Source: a virus. From it: a DNA stretch of 64,000 nucleotides. The position numbers were made by a program, and so were the translations under genes. The stretch lies in IMG/VR virus record IMGVR_UViG_3300046170_000289, one strand, 5' to 3'. The notes below the pieces were generated by a model. The model ran no database searches. It saw only the letters and a program-made list of their open reading frames with translations, and was not told the origin of the DNA. How positions within the stretch are numbered: the stretch's first letter is position 1; each line of letters begins with the position of its first letter. Positions 46,301 through 55,192 of the stretch are shown piece by piece.

Positions 46301-47262
46301 TCCCTAATAGCCGCTTGGTAGACTCTACCGTTAGTAGCAATAACCTTTGAAAATCTAGGATACGCAACAGCGTTATCGTAAGTGGTGAAAGATGTTCCAG
46401 ACTTCGCGCCCTCCGTTGCTGTGGCGATTGGTGAAGTATTAGCATAAACCAGACGACCATATCTGTCAACTTGGAAGTTAACGGTGTTGACTGTCTGCTC
46501 ACCAGTTGTAGCACTGATCAAAGGATTGACCAGAGGATCCATTGAGTTGAGGGTATTATACTTACCCACCACAACTGTGGTATCTGCTAAGTCAATGAAT
46601 GGATTATTAGTTTGAGCATTACCATTTTGTACAATGATACGCCCACTACCACCAGTGATGGTGCGGTTTACTAGGGTGCCTTCTGCTTGACGAGAGATTA
46701 AACCAAAACCTGTCATGCTTGCCAGGGAGGTTAGATCACTGTCTAATGGTTGTGCGTCACCAATACCATACTCAGCAAGAGTGCCAGGTGTTTCAGCATC
46801 CACAATACGACCACGAGAGTCAACCGTGATACGGGTGTAGGTGCCAGTTGCTGCTAGATTATTCTCATCATAGTGAGGCAGTGCCACCACATAATTCAAT
46901 TCGGCAGTAATGGTCAGGTTTGAGGATCCATCAAACGTGCCAGCACCAGACATGTCGCCACCCAGAGCGATCTGTCGTGCGTTTGCCAGTCGGGTTGCAG
47001 TAGCAGAGTTACCGACGAGAGATGCAGTAATTGCACCTGCCTCAAAGTTACCGTCAGCATCTCGTTTAACGAGAGTGTTAGCGGTATTAGATTCCGTCTC
47101 GATCGGTCTCTCATATTTGAGAGAGTTCCAGGCGGTGACACCATCACCGATCTTGATACGCGAAGTATCAATTTCGATGCCTAACTCGCCTTGAGCGAGA
47201 ATAGGGTTGACGTTTGCCCACTGCTGAGCACCGTCACGTCTTAATTGAATTCTATTTGCCAT
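40306..47262 (-). CDS. Long tail fibre protein (Mtd-N-like N-terminus, repeated beta units)
   Basis: MANRIQLRRD...NPILAQGELGIEIDT..KIGDG; many T/G/N/D-rich repeats. Confidence 0.88.
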   Translation of the reverse strand: MANRIQLRRDGAQQWANVNPILAQGELGIEIDTSRIKIGDGVTAWNSLKYERPIETESNTANTLVKRDADGNFEAGAITASLVGNSATATRLANARQIALGGDMSGAGTFDGSSNLTITAELNYVVALPHYDENNLAATGTYTRITVDSRGRIVDAETPGTLAEYGIGDAQPLDSDLTSLASMTGFGLISRQAEGTLVNRTITGGSGRIIVQNGNAQTNNPFIDLADTTVVVGKYNTLNSMDPLVNPLISATTGEQTVNTVNFQVDRYGRLVYANTSPIATATEGAKSGTSFTTYDNAVAYPRFSKVIATNGRVYQAAIRDIGAGLGEPAHNIQNGDADDQGGWRDLGTDTVEQKGLASFDQEDFDVDANGHVTIAANAIENSQLQSLGRLMFTDQDATETFELDPERTTDNAYHGITKLNHINVNNRTGGSVFRIVGYDTGEYPFQPGILGQGNSYPAITADDANGNGSATSGSSLTGAVDINLDTTISGNITLDVTKADQFIKRTSGNLEIALEVNEATNRSMDINVTNAGAGDATFNLTADQDITILVTDVDHRVNIEDFHIQDNVISTTNAIMVLDPNDDDDLTGTVRIRGDLTVDGVTTTVNSTVVTIQDPIMTLGGEDTLTTDDNKDRGIEFRYYDSQERFGFYGWDEDYADSNIWSGTGGYRFLYNATNTSEVYAGTDAPIIAGNLRLTTNTSSTWKTPATGTLVVTGGTGISENLNVGGTTHLNGNVEIDGTVDIDANFAVRNNTTDKFTVESATGNTVIEGTLDIQLETEITDNLIITADNKEFIIRTAGSVNKFTVDSDNGNTDIQGTLHVVQGVDFDSTLNVDSNVTFNAELDVDDDVVFHNDFLMDVTGKYFTITNGSNQTFRILSTNGNTDIEGSLNVGGVNTFERTNNIVIGETDSDITLSTGGNATFAGGVNMDKDLRVGGDIYLADRLVVKDAGTARTRPSLLNNVDVLYRTYMGGGTAHNASFANDADAQLRVAGGVGIVQDLHVGDDFYVGKVATNDNVEFSILGESGYTTIGRVGQGNATDGAIVVHGYATFNEQFTINGPLTTIGDANTDVLTVNAVSTFTDNVTINGNFDIDGNAIIEGNLTVNGVTTTVNSTVVTLDDPVITLGGDTAPTQSDAKDRGIEFRYYDTTARVGFFGWDNSASRYALYHNATNSSEAFNGTRSGLDAGSIKLFDTTNATNASSGTLIVGGGVGIGLDLYVGDDLVVTDNGSFGGNVGITGTLDVTDDFAVSTTFTVDAQTGNTFANGTFNVNGNAQIGNQSGDSHTVNGTVQFNQALTAAERLNIRDLKVATDAANEISTSSGNLILDSAGGTVNITDNADVDGNLNVDGNTQIDGTLTVDGNATIGNQAGDNHIVTGTVTFNQAITSTDITADNIKIGVDGATEISTTAGNLILDSADGKVHITDNAEVDGNLQVDSNTTLGDASGDTLTVNATSTFNAPITSTDITADAVRIGVAASNEIDTTAGNLVLDSAGGSVDITDNATVSGTLVVSDQVTVNDTLLVDATNENFVIRSSLVDRFTVDTDNGNTYIAGTTQIEGLLTVNDNIDHNGNQDTSGTLTVGGRTELNGIVDVDADFAVRSGTTDKFTVASATGNFSTVGNGSITGTLAVTNTAAFAEKVTLNVNATANRLTANAALMVPNGGIAVYEDSYFGEDIFIGPDQNETITLFGATGNITADGTITSATVAATTANIATVNTTSNVNVGGSILVNTNKFIVQGSTGNVTVAGTLDVAGRTIIDDTLQVTQNVDFDSDLNVDGNQQLDGTLTVDSTSLFKDNVVLRGASKTIKLQNGGGTDKITLHSTSGNAEITGTSTLGTLAVTNNTTMGGTLGVTGQITGNVTGDLTGTSDKANLVDVTETATSNLTYFPTFVSATSGHTEVRTDSQNLTYNPSTNTLQVTNFKSITDFEIQGNLNVTGALTFFQSQVGSIANHDTDALTEGSTNLYYTNERVDDRVAALVAGGTGIDATYNDAGNLLTLSVDFGEYTTDQVVEGSSNSYFTQARARNAFTYGNGIEHDGSGTITVTQSDINTDNLTEGSTNLFVTNSRTRGALSASGDLGYNASTGVFSFTERTDAEVNGLADTRIGLQVGANLDLSNQSTSDLAEGTNLYYTNARADARVVAGITGKLDASEVSAFGLTLVDDADAAAARATLGLGSAAVTASTAYATSAQGALADSATQPGDLSTVATSGSYNDLGNLPTLFSGAYADLTGKPSLFSGAYADLTGKPTLFSGAYGDLSGAPTLGTAAAAATGDFATAAQGATADSALQAETITLTTLKSVAAGAADFAAFKAAIAAL
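40490..40640. repeat. About 42-bp (14-aa) tandem repeats near the fibre C-terminus
   Basis: SGSYNDLGNLPTL / FSGAYADLTGKPSL / FSGAYADLTGKPTL / FSGAYGDLSGAPTL. Confidence 0.75.
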
Positions 47263-47303
47263 TGCTTAAAAGGATCCTAGCACAACAGTTAGTCTGTCTG
47301 ACT

Positions 47304-47311
47304 TATTTATG
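47304..47311 (-). promoter_or_regulatory. Late promoter variant CATAAATA for the tail fibre gene
   Basis: Immediately downstream of the terminator, about 40 nt before the ATG. Confidence 0.65.
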
Positions 47312-47316
47312 TCACG

Positions 47317-47337
47317 AAAAACCCCCCTTTCGGGGGG
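47317..47337 (-). terminator. Rho-independent terminator
   Basis: CCCCCC-GAAA-GGGGGG followed by T5. Confidence 0.85.
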
Positions 47338-47344
47338 CAGGGGG

Positions 47345-47590
47345 TCAAGTCTTTTCCAGATCGTCGGGATCAATAGTCCCATCTGGACGTGGCTCAATTT
47401 CTTCTTCTTGTGAAGGTGGGTTGAGATACTCCAATGTCTCAATAGCACCTAGAAGTTTGAGAGCAGTAGCTTCATTGCTCTTAATCTTTTCTGCCATCTC
47501 GCGGTTGTCCTTCAAAAGACCCTGGTAGCGAGTTTTGAATTGGTCAAGCAATTCCTCTTGTGAGGCAGTTTCAGTCACATCAGCTGGCAT
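47345..47590 (-). CDS. Small coiled-coil hypothetical protein
   Basis: ALKLLGAIETLEYL motif. Confidence 0.65.
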   Translation of the reverse strand: MPADVTETASQEELLDQFKTRYQGLLKDNREMAEKIKSNEATALKLLGAIETLEYLNPPSQEEEIEPRPDGTIDPDDLEKT

Positions 47591-47858
47591 TGTTGTCTCC
47601 TTGTAGTAATGATTTAAGTAGGTTTTTGATTTCACCGATATCTGATTTTAACCCAGATACCTCGTCTTGTAAAGTGTTTAACTTCTCCTCTTTCTTGGAT
47701 CGACGGTTAAATGCCGCCATATAGTTATCATACTCTGACACATTACAATTTACAATTGCATTTGAATCAGGGTCACGATACCAACCTTCCCTGCCCTCGA
47801 CAGGGATTAGGTCTTCTTTGAAAGGTCTGATGTAATCAGCTTCGCTTGACATATCCAA
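47580..47858 (-). CDS. Small hypothetical protein with a C-terminal coiled coil
   Basis: VEG..GWYRDPDSNAIVN...LKSDIGEIKNLL. Confidence 0.75.
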   Translation of the reverse strand: MDMSSEADYIRPFKEDLIPVEGREGWYRDPDSNAIVNCNVSEYDNYMAAFNRRSKKEEKLNTLQDEVSGLKSDIGEIKNLLKSLLQGDNNAS

Positions 47859-47881
47859 GAATAATTATTATAATAACCGTG

Positions 47882-50800
47882 TTAGGTTGCAAGAGCAATG
47901 GATCTGAGATCAGCTAAGAGGGGTACTCGTGCCTGATTCTTAGATCTCATAACAATCTTCACTTGGAAGGCGTTAAAGTTAAGTCCCCTTGCTTCATATG
48001 TATAATCCTTCCAGAGGTATTCTTCTGTAGGGGTTGTATCATATGCTTCACCCAAGTTTTGATTAGAAGTGGGAAGACCCATTTGTGTCCAACCAATAGT
48101 ATTAGGATCAGTAGCATCACCAACCTTGAATGCCTTGTAGTAGATACGAAGCTCGGTAGCAGGGTGACGGGTGACTTGGAAGTCAATCTTCAGTGAGCGT
48201 GCTTCTCTACCCAGACGTGCGAGACGTGTGATATAGACAGCATCGTTTTGATCACCGATTGCCAGAGTAGAAACATCTTGATCTCTATCGATCTGTGACT
48301 GTTGACCATAAGTTGATTGTCCACCTGGCCACATATTCACGCGGTTAGATGTTGTAATCAGTGACACACGGTCAAGGTCAATACAGGGAGAGAGGGATGT
48401 TTTGTCAGTCTCAAGCATGATTGACATAGTAAGAGACTTGTTACCATCCAGTTTGTTTTGCTCGTTGATCTTAGATGCAACCATCTGAGGAGCAGTAAAC
48501 TGGTTTTGCTCATTCAACACAATATCCACATAGGTGCCATTGTTGATGAAAGAGTTTTGATCCACTGTAGTAGATCCATCTCCGACAGATGTAGCAGTGG
48601 TAGTATTCAGTCTTGCTGACAGATTTGTGTCTGCCATAACCATCGTGGACACCGTAGGTGTAATGACTTCAAACTGGACATTCTGGGAAGCGTAAACGCT
48701 AGTGCCACCACCACGAATACCGTTAGTTGCAACATGATCAATGTGCAGCATGTAGGTATCCAACCATGGGCAAGAGATGTTGGTGTGGACCTTATTGATT
48801 TCCGTCAGAGGAATACCATCAAGGTTGTAACATTCAACAACTGCACCAGAGGCGTGCTCAACATCAACAGTGCCATTATTACCTCTACCAGAGGTGGCAA
48901 CTGTGATCACTTGACCGTTAGCAGAGATAGAGGAGTATTGAATGATCTCATCTTCAATCTTCAGATAACCTTGATTGAGGTTACCAATTGGAGATCCACC
49001 AATGATGGTGTGGAATTGAGATCCGTCATTCACCTGAATTGAAGTTGCACCAGCAGTCAGAGTGGTTGTCAATGTGGTAGGAGGCACTTCGGAGATAATG
49101 CCCTCAACCTCAACGTTGTTACTACGTTGGTGCATACCGTGGTTTCTGTGATAAACCAGCACTTCCTTATCATCGTTAGGATAAGAAGGAGCAGCAGTTG
49201 GGAATGCATCGTAGGAGTCACCGCTGTAGTTGACGCTAGTGATTGTTGCAGATGTGCCGCCTGGCTCAGACAGAGTATCCGAAACATCGAATGCCCTAGT
49301 AATGTAGTTAAGTGTCAGAGTCTGAGTGCCAGAATCATATGCAGTAACAACACCTGTAGCAGCAGATGTAGATCCACTTACGACATCACCAATTTCAAAC
49401 GTGCCGTTGAAGATTGCAGACAGGACAATCGTGGCGACAGATTGGGAAGAGGAGATACCTTGGAATGTGTTGTTGTTTGCATCCAAGAAACCAGCAGACC
49501 AGATACCTTCGATATCTGAAATTGTAATGGTCTCAGGATCAGTAGTTGCATCGAATTCCGTAATCGTACCTTCTGCATTAGAAGGTGTTTGGATAATTCT
49601 TGCACCAACTGTAAATGTATAGTTGCTACCAACAGGGAGCGTAAGAGTTTGCTTGGGTTTCAGAGTCTGGATTGGATTTTCAATCAGTCTGTGAATACCG
49701 TTGTTACCCTTGCCGAGCTCAGCGTTGTTAAAGATCGCTGTGCCCAGATTCTGAGTAAACTCAGCACGATACATTGTAAACTTAAGATCTTCATACTGGT
49801 CAGCAGTCCAGGTAGAAGCGTTTTGTGATTTGAAGAGCACACCAGCATATGGTTGCTCAGAAATTGTCCTTGTGCCTGTGACATCAACGTCACCCATTCT
49901 GGAGATCCAAACGTTATATTCGTTGGAGTCAGACAGAAGCACGAAGCAATATTCAATGTTTGACTTAATGTAGACAGGAGATCTAAATGTGAATCTAGTA
50001 GGAATACTTGCGTTTTCCGACAACTCAACAGTAGATGGATCAATAGTAGTATCCGAGAAAGGAATAATATCCTTAGTAGGATAACCATTCTCCATAGTCC
50101 TGATCTGAATTGAGATAGGAATGTTAGCGTCCTTAGTCCTGAAGAAGATGTCAACACCTGTCAGGAATACGCCGCCTTCCTCATCAACAATAAAGGATTG
50201 TGCAAGAGGGTCATACCAACCAATCTGACGTTGCTCAGTCCTGGTAGTAATAACAGTCCTTTCGTCGTTAACTGTATCGCGGACGATCTCAGCATTACGG
50301 ACGGCAAGAATGTTTTCTCTAACAGTCTGCAAGGTGCCAGTTGCAGAGTATGATGCGTCTGCAGAGGAATCCACATTTCCAGGAGTCCTATCATTAGTAT
50401 CCGAAGTTGTGACTCTAACTGTCCTTGTGCCAGTTGCCCAACGTGGGTTGGAATCATTCTTAGGAGAAGGAATGAAGAAAGTACCTTGTAGGTTACCAAC
50501 GTTATCAGCAAGGAGACGACGATCTCTCACAACAGCACGAGCGCCAGAGGTCAGTCCAAGAAGGACTTCACCCACATTGACGTTACCGTAGAAGTTGGGG
50601 TTGACAGTCTCTGCCATTGCAGTGATATCAATATTCAGGAAGTTGGTTTGTGATGCATAAGACTCAGCAAGTCCAGCAGCACCAACACCATAAGGGTCAG
50701 TCTTATATCCATCATTAGCAGCAGCAACCTTCAGTCTTGCTCCAGAAGTCTGACCAACCACAGTCTCACCAACCACGAATGGAGTTTCGTTAGAGTTAGG

Positions 50801-53800
50801 ATCAGCAGTAGAAGACTTAGTAAGCTCAATGACCTTAGGAGTCACATAACCACTGACATTAACGCCATCGAAGAAGTAATACATTCTTGTGCGAGGCTTG
50901 AGTCGATCGATGTTGAAACCGATGTTTCTGGATCTAATCCAGGGGATTGCTGTTTGTGACAGCATGGTATCACCAAGAGACTTTCTGTCAATCTTGGGCG
51001 TAACGCGGGTTCTCACACCTTGACGTGCCTGGTTGTTAACAACACGATAGGTGCGTCTCTCATGCAAGAAGAGTGGTTGACGACCCTGACCGTGACCCAA
51101 TCTACCAAGTCTACGACCACCAGAAGAGAAACTACCAGATCTGTTAGAGAATCTAGAAGTAGACTGGACGGATTCACCAGTCCAGTTAGTCTGCCAACCA
51201 CCCCATTGGATAGGAGCAAAACCATTCTGGTCAATCTGAAGGTCTCTAGCAACAGCAGAGAAGTCACCTTCAACGTTTTCAACACGAGCAGGAAGACGCT
51301 CGATATCAATCCAGTCGTCAGATGCAGGTGTCAGGTCAATACGACCAATGAAAGTAAACACGTTGAATGGGTTAACATTCTCAGTCCTAGATGCATATGG
51401 TTGGGTAATGATTGCCAGATCATCGTAAGGCAGCATCACCATGTTACCAGCAGTCTTAACGACGTTGCTGGATGCACCCATGTTAATTTGCAGGGGCACG
51501 TTAGTGGTGTAGTGCGAAGGACGGAGGTGACCCTCTTTGAAGTCCATGGAGCACTTATAGTCAATGTTGAGCACGTCACCAACAGTATGATCGGTGAAGT
51601 CATCCACAACATAACCATTCTTCAGACGGTCGAAACCGTTATCATCGTATGTCTTAGTGTTGTCTGCTTGTACTTCCAGCAGAGATAGTGAGGTATAATA
51701 CTCAACGTGAGAGAGTCTGGTCTCCAGATCTCCGATATCCTTCATGGTATAACGCTTGATGATCTCAGGATAGATCAGGACATCACGCTCAACGTCATAC
51801 ACATATGGACGCATCTCAATCGTTGCGAGAAGCATCGCATTGTCAATCTTATCAGGATGAGGAAGATCCTCAGAGGACACACCCTTAACAATCTTCAGTT
51901 TGTTATCGTGTGTCAAATACAACTTGTCTGCTCTAGGAAGATAGAAGCAGTAGTCACATCTAAATTCTGTGTTAACCTTAGGAATGTCAAAGATGGTAGA
52001 TCCACCAACACCACCAGAGGTATCAAACTGTCTAGATCCGAAGTCAAGCGATGCACAATTCACAAAGAAAGGTGAAGTGATCGTGCCTGATCCAGATGCC
52101 AATTCACCGATACCAGGACGGAAGTCAATCTGGTCACGGATATAGTTAATCGATCCATCCAGTTTATACTTAGGAATCTCTTTGTAGAGAATACCAGTGT
52201 AAGACTGGGAGGAGAAGTAGTCACCTGAGGATTCATGCAAGAAGTAGTCAAAGACTACGAGCATCTTACGGATTGGAGGAGAGAATCCAGGGAGACGAGT
52301 TAGTTTACAAACGTCATAGAAGTGTGCTTTCTGACCTGACTCCAACTCAAACTGAGTTGTAATAACTTTAGATCCCTTAGAAACAGATCCTTCAGAGTCA
52401 TCAATAATTGCCTGCAGAGGATTGCTATCATCATCGACACCATCGATGGTCTCACCAGGGATGAATGGAATCTCGTTAAGAGCAACGAAGTACAGTCTCA
52501 GAGTGCTGTTGACAAACTGGATAACTCGACCACGAGCACCAGAGGTCTTACCAACAACAACTGTGCCGTTGTCAAAGAAGGTAGATTCTGACAACACCAT
52601 ATAAGGTGATTCAGCATCGTTATCATTCTCGGACTCATATACAGCATGAATCTTATAGACATCATTCAATGCGAATGAAATCTCTTCATCTTCAATACGG
52701 GTGCCATACAGGTTACCATATGCCAAACCATACTTAGTCTGGTCATTGTTAACTCTTGTGCGAGTCACCTTCATTGCACGCATCTTAGCGGCAGTCTTAA
52801 TCTTTCTGGTGACGATATTCTTAGAGATAAGAGCAGTCAACTTAACAGTGTTGACGTTAGTCAAACCAGAGATGGTAATAGACTGTGCGTCAGCACCGAA
52901 GGTAACAGTCAGAGATCCAAGGTCATTGAGGTTATCAATGTCAAGGTTGTCACCAACACTGTATGAAGATCCAGACTCAGCAACAATCGTCAACACATAG
53001 TTTTCATCATCGAGTGATGCAAACTGCTCTGATTCAGGCAGAGACACAGTAACACCACCAGACACAACGGTCTTGTTAGCGAATGTCCTGTATACAAAGA
53101 ATGATTCGTCAGAGATTGACTTCATCGATGTGCGAGGTGTGTCAATTGACAACTCACCATTCTGATAGTCTTTCTGGAAGATGAAAGGACGCATCCTTAC
53201 CATCTCAGCATACTCACCGTCAGCGTTGCCACTACCCTTCTTGAGGGAAGCGTCCATAACAGCAGTTTGGTTGAGGTAATCGAAGATTGCTGCTCCACCA
53301 GTAGCAATGTTACCAGTGTTAGTAGCGATCAGGGTAGGATCAACTCTCTTAATTCTAAGAGTGTTATTACCATTCAGACCAGATGCAGTTGTAGTAACAA
53401 CATCACCAGGACGGAGATCCTGTGCAAACTTGGTCCTAAAACCAGTAGCAAGAGCACCAGTGTTACTAACAGTAACAGTGGAAGACTCAATAGAAGCGTT
53501 GTCGTTAAGCAACCAGTTTGATGCAAACGTTACAACGTTGCTATCATTTCTACCAAGACAACGGCGGACATCAGACAAGTTATAGGTATGTGCTGCTTCC
53601 AGAGTGCCGATCACACGACCATCTCTTTCAATAACTTCATTATTCAGGAAGACACCAGAGACTTGCTCCAGTTTACAGTGGGTGCCGCTACCATTGTCAG
53701 CAACGAAACCACGAGCACCAGAGGTGCGACCTCTGAGCACATCACCAATAGAAACAGAGTTGTTACCAGCTGCAAAGTTAATAGCAGTATACATCTGTGG

Positions 53801-55189
53801 GTCAAAGAACCACATGTCATACTGGTTTGCCTGATCGATCTGAATCTGAATGATACGAGCACGACCGATTTGGTTACCGATAACTGAGTTGGATACACCA
53901 GTGCTCCAGTCATCATACAATTCGATAACTTGGTATGCATCAGACACACCTTCACCAGTCAGGTTAGGCCAACCATACTGATCGTAAACCTTAACAAAGT
54001 TACCTAGTCTAAAGTGGATGATTCCATTTTCTACACAGGAGAAATCTCTAGGTTTGGCAGAGTCAATATACTGAGGTGTAAGGAATTCAGTCCTGTAACC
54101 TTTAACGTATGCTCTACCAGGAGAGATCTCATAGGTTAGGAGATCATCTGTAGGAGTATTGTTTTGCTGAGTCGTCTGAGCAGGAGTGTAGACCCCGTTG
54201 TTAAAACCATCATCAAGGCATTCTCTTGCCTTAATACTGAAAGTGTCGATAACATAGTCGCCAGACTCTTCATATGTCCGACGTGCAAGAGACTTCTCGA
54301 GCTCTGAATATGCAGTGTGATCAACAAACTGCTCAACCTTACTATTATTGATTCGTAGTAATTCAACGAAGTTTTTGTCAGTTGAATCATTGATTGCCTT
54401 CTTGACAAGAGTGGTCTTAATCTTAAATCTGTGACCGCCAGGTGCTGAGTAGTTTGAAGTACCTGCAGCGTTGTCATTCAGTGACGGATCGTCTTCTGGG
54501 GTAACAATAGATTCACTAACTTCCAGACCAACCCTGTAAGAAGGGTTATTGCTATATTGCTCAAGGATCAGGTTTGCTGATTGGACATCAACAAAGTGAC
54601 CTCTAATAAAGTACACACCATTGTTAATGTATGCAGCAGATGCAACCGCAGTAGAGTCAACGGGAAGCAACTGTCCGAATGGTGATCCAACTTCAATCAG
54701 TGTCGTGCCAAACGTAATCTCGTTTTCGGCAAGCAACTGCTCGTTAGATTGGAATCCTTTAATGCTGGTGTCAGAAACTGTATCGCCAGACTCAATATAC
54801 TTAACGTATAGAGTGACGTAACCACGCTCAGATTCTGCAGCAGAGATGGAATACAAGACCTTTGCTTTAACGCCAGTCGTGATACCCTCAATAATCTGAC
54901 CGTGCAGTTGAGTCCTGTAGGTTTCAACATCGACACCCAGGAAGGATTGTTGCAGGATGATTGCCTGCACATTCAGGTCATACCCGACCTGACCAGGGAT
55001 AACCATCGCACCTTCTTTGAAGAAGTGTTGACCGATGGATTCAATCTGATTCTGAAGAATCGATTGTAGAGTCGTTAATTCACGAGCTTGGATAGGATAC
55101 CCAGGTCGAAACAACACTCGGTAGAAATTCTTATCCTTATCGAAGTCGTCGAAATAAGGAGCAATATTTAGATTGGTATTCTGGGGCAT
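47882..55189 (-). CDS. 2435-aa virion structural protein (VrlC/DUF4815-like)
   Basis: MPQNTNLNIAPYFDDF...VLFRPGYPIQARELTTLQSILQNQ; GFVVDDF-type motif; YDPLAQSF; WTADQYEDLKF. Confidence 0.88.
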   Translation of the reverse strand: MPQNTNLNIAPYFDDFDKDKNFYRVLFRPGYPIQARELTTLQSILQNQIESIGQHFFKEGAMVIPGQVGYDLNVQAIILQQSFLGVDVETYRTQLHGQIIEGITTGVKAKVLYSISAAESERGYVTLYVKYIESGDTVSDTSIKGFQSNEQLLAENEITFGTTLIEVGSPFGQLLPVDSTAVASAAYINNGVYFIRGHFVDVQSANLILEQYSNNPSYRVGLEVSESIVTPEDDPSLNDNAAGTSNYSAPGGHRFKIKTTLVKKAINDSTDKNFVELLRINNSKVEQFVDHTAYSELEKSLARRTYEESGDYVIDTFSIKARECLDDGFNNGVYTPAQTTQQNNTPTDDLLTYEISPGRAYVKGYRTEFLTPQYIDSAKPRDFSCVENGIIHFRLGNFVKVYDQYGWPNLTGEGVSDAYQVIELYDDWSTGVSNSVIGNQIGRARIIQIQIDQANQYDMWFFDPQMYTAINFAAGNNSVSIGDVLRGRTSGARGFVADNGSGTHCKLEQVSGVFLNNEVIERDGRVIGTLEAAHTYNLSDVRRCLGRNDSNVVTFASNWLLNDNASIESSTVTVSNTGALATGFRTKFAQDLRPGDVVTTTASGLNGNNTLRIKRVDPTLIATNTGNIATGGAAIFDYLNQTAVMDASLKKGSGNADGEYAEMVRMRPFIFQKDYQNGELSIDTPRTSMKSISDESFFVYRTFANKTVVSGGVTVSLPESEQFASLDDENYVLTIVAESGSSYSVGDNLDIDNLNDLGSLTVTFGADAQSITISGLTNVNTVKLTALISKNIVTRKIKTAAKMRAMKVTRTRVNNDQTKYGLAYGNLYGTRIEDEEISFALNDVYKIHAVYESENDNDAESPYMVLSESTFFDNGTVVVGKTSGARGRVIQFVNSTLRLYFVALNEIPFIPGETIDGVDDDSNPLQAIIDDSEGSVSKGSKVITTQFELESGQKAHFYDVCKLTRLPGFSPPIRKMLVVFDYFLHESSGDYFSSQSYTGILYKEIPKYKLDGSINYIRDQIDFRPGIGELASGSGTITSPFFVNCASLDFGSRQFDTSGGVGGSTIFDIPKVNTEFRCDYCFYLPRADKLYLTHDNKLKIVKGVSSEDLPHPDKIDNAMLLATIEMRPYVYDVERDVLIYPEIIKRYTMKDIGDLETRLSHVEYYTSLSLLEVQADNTKTYDDNGFDRLKNGYVVDDFTDHTVGDVLNIDYKCSMDFKEGHLRPSHYTTNVPLQINMGASSNVVKTAGNMVMLPYDDLAIITQPYASRTENVNPFNVFTFIGRIDLTPASDDWIDIERLPARVENVEGDFSAVARDLQIDQNGFAPIQWGGWQTNWTGESVQSTSRFSNRSGSFSSGGRRLGRLGHGQGRQPLFLHERRTYRVVNNQARQGVRTRVTPKIDRKSLGDTMLSQTAIPWIRSRNIGFNIDRLKPRTRMYYFFDGVNVSGYVTPKVIELTKSSTADPNSNETPFVVGETVVGQTSGARLKVAAANDGYKTDPYGVGAAGLAESYASQTNFLNIDITAMAETVNPNFYGNVNVGEVLLGLTSGARAVVRDRRLLADNVGNLQGTFFIPSPKNDSNPRWATGTRTVRVTTSDTNDRTPGNVDSSADASYSATGTLQTVRENILAVRNAEIVRDTVNDERTVITTRTEQRQIGWYDPLAQSFIVDEEGGVFLTGVDIFFRTKDANIPISIQIRTMENGYPTKDIIPFSDTTIDPSTVELSENASIPTRFTFRSPVYIKSNIEYCFVLLSDSNEYNVWISRMGDVDVTGTRTISEQPYAGVLFKSQNASTWTADQYEDLKFTMYRAEFTQNLGTAIFNNAELGKGNNGIHRLIENPIQTLKPKQTLTLPVGSNYTFTVGARIIQTPSNAEGTITEFDATTDPETITISDIEGIWSAGFLDANNNTFQGISSSQSVATIVLSAIFNGTFEIGDVVSGSTSAATGVVTAYDSGTQTLTLNYITRAFDVSDTLSEPGGTSATITSVNYSGDSYDAFPTAAPSYPNDDKEVLVYHRNHGMHQRSNNVEVEGIISEVPPTTLTTTLTAGATSIQVNDGSQFHTIIGGSPIGNLNQGYLKIEDEIIQYSSISANGQVITVATSGRGNNGTVDVEHASGAVVECYNLDGIPLTEINKVHTNISCPWLDTYMLHIDHVATNGIRGGGTSVYASQNVQFEVITPTVSTMVMADTNLSARLNTTTATSVGDGSTTVDQNSFINNGTYVDIVLNEQNQFTAPQMVASKINEQNKLDGNKSLTMSIMLETDKTSLSPCIDLDRVSLITTSNRVNMWPGGQSTYGQQSQIDRDQDVSTLAIGDQNDAVYITRLARLGREARSLKIDFQVTRHPATELRIYYKAFKVGDATDPNTIGWTQMGLPTSNQNLGEAYDTTPTEEYLWKDYTYEARGLNFNAFQVKIVMRSKNQARVPLLADLRSIALAT

Positions 55190-55192
55190 CGT

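Noticed and set aside
40306-47262. Diversity-generating retroelement, suggested by the Mtd-like fibre N-terminus
   Set aside because: No reverse transcriptase or template/variable repeat pair seen; the Mtd-N motif is only an attachment domain.
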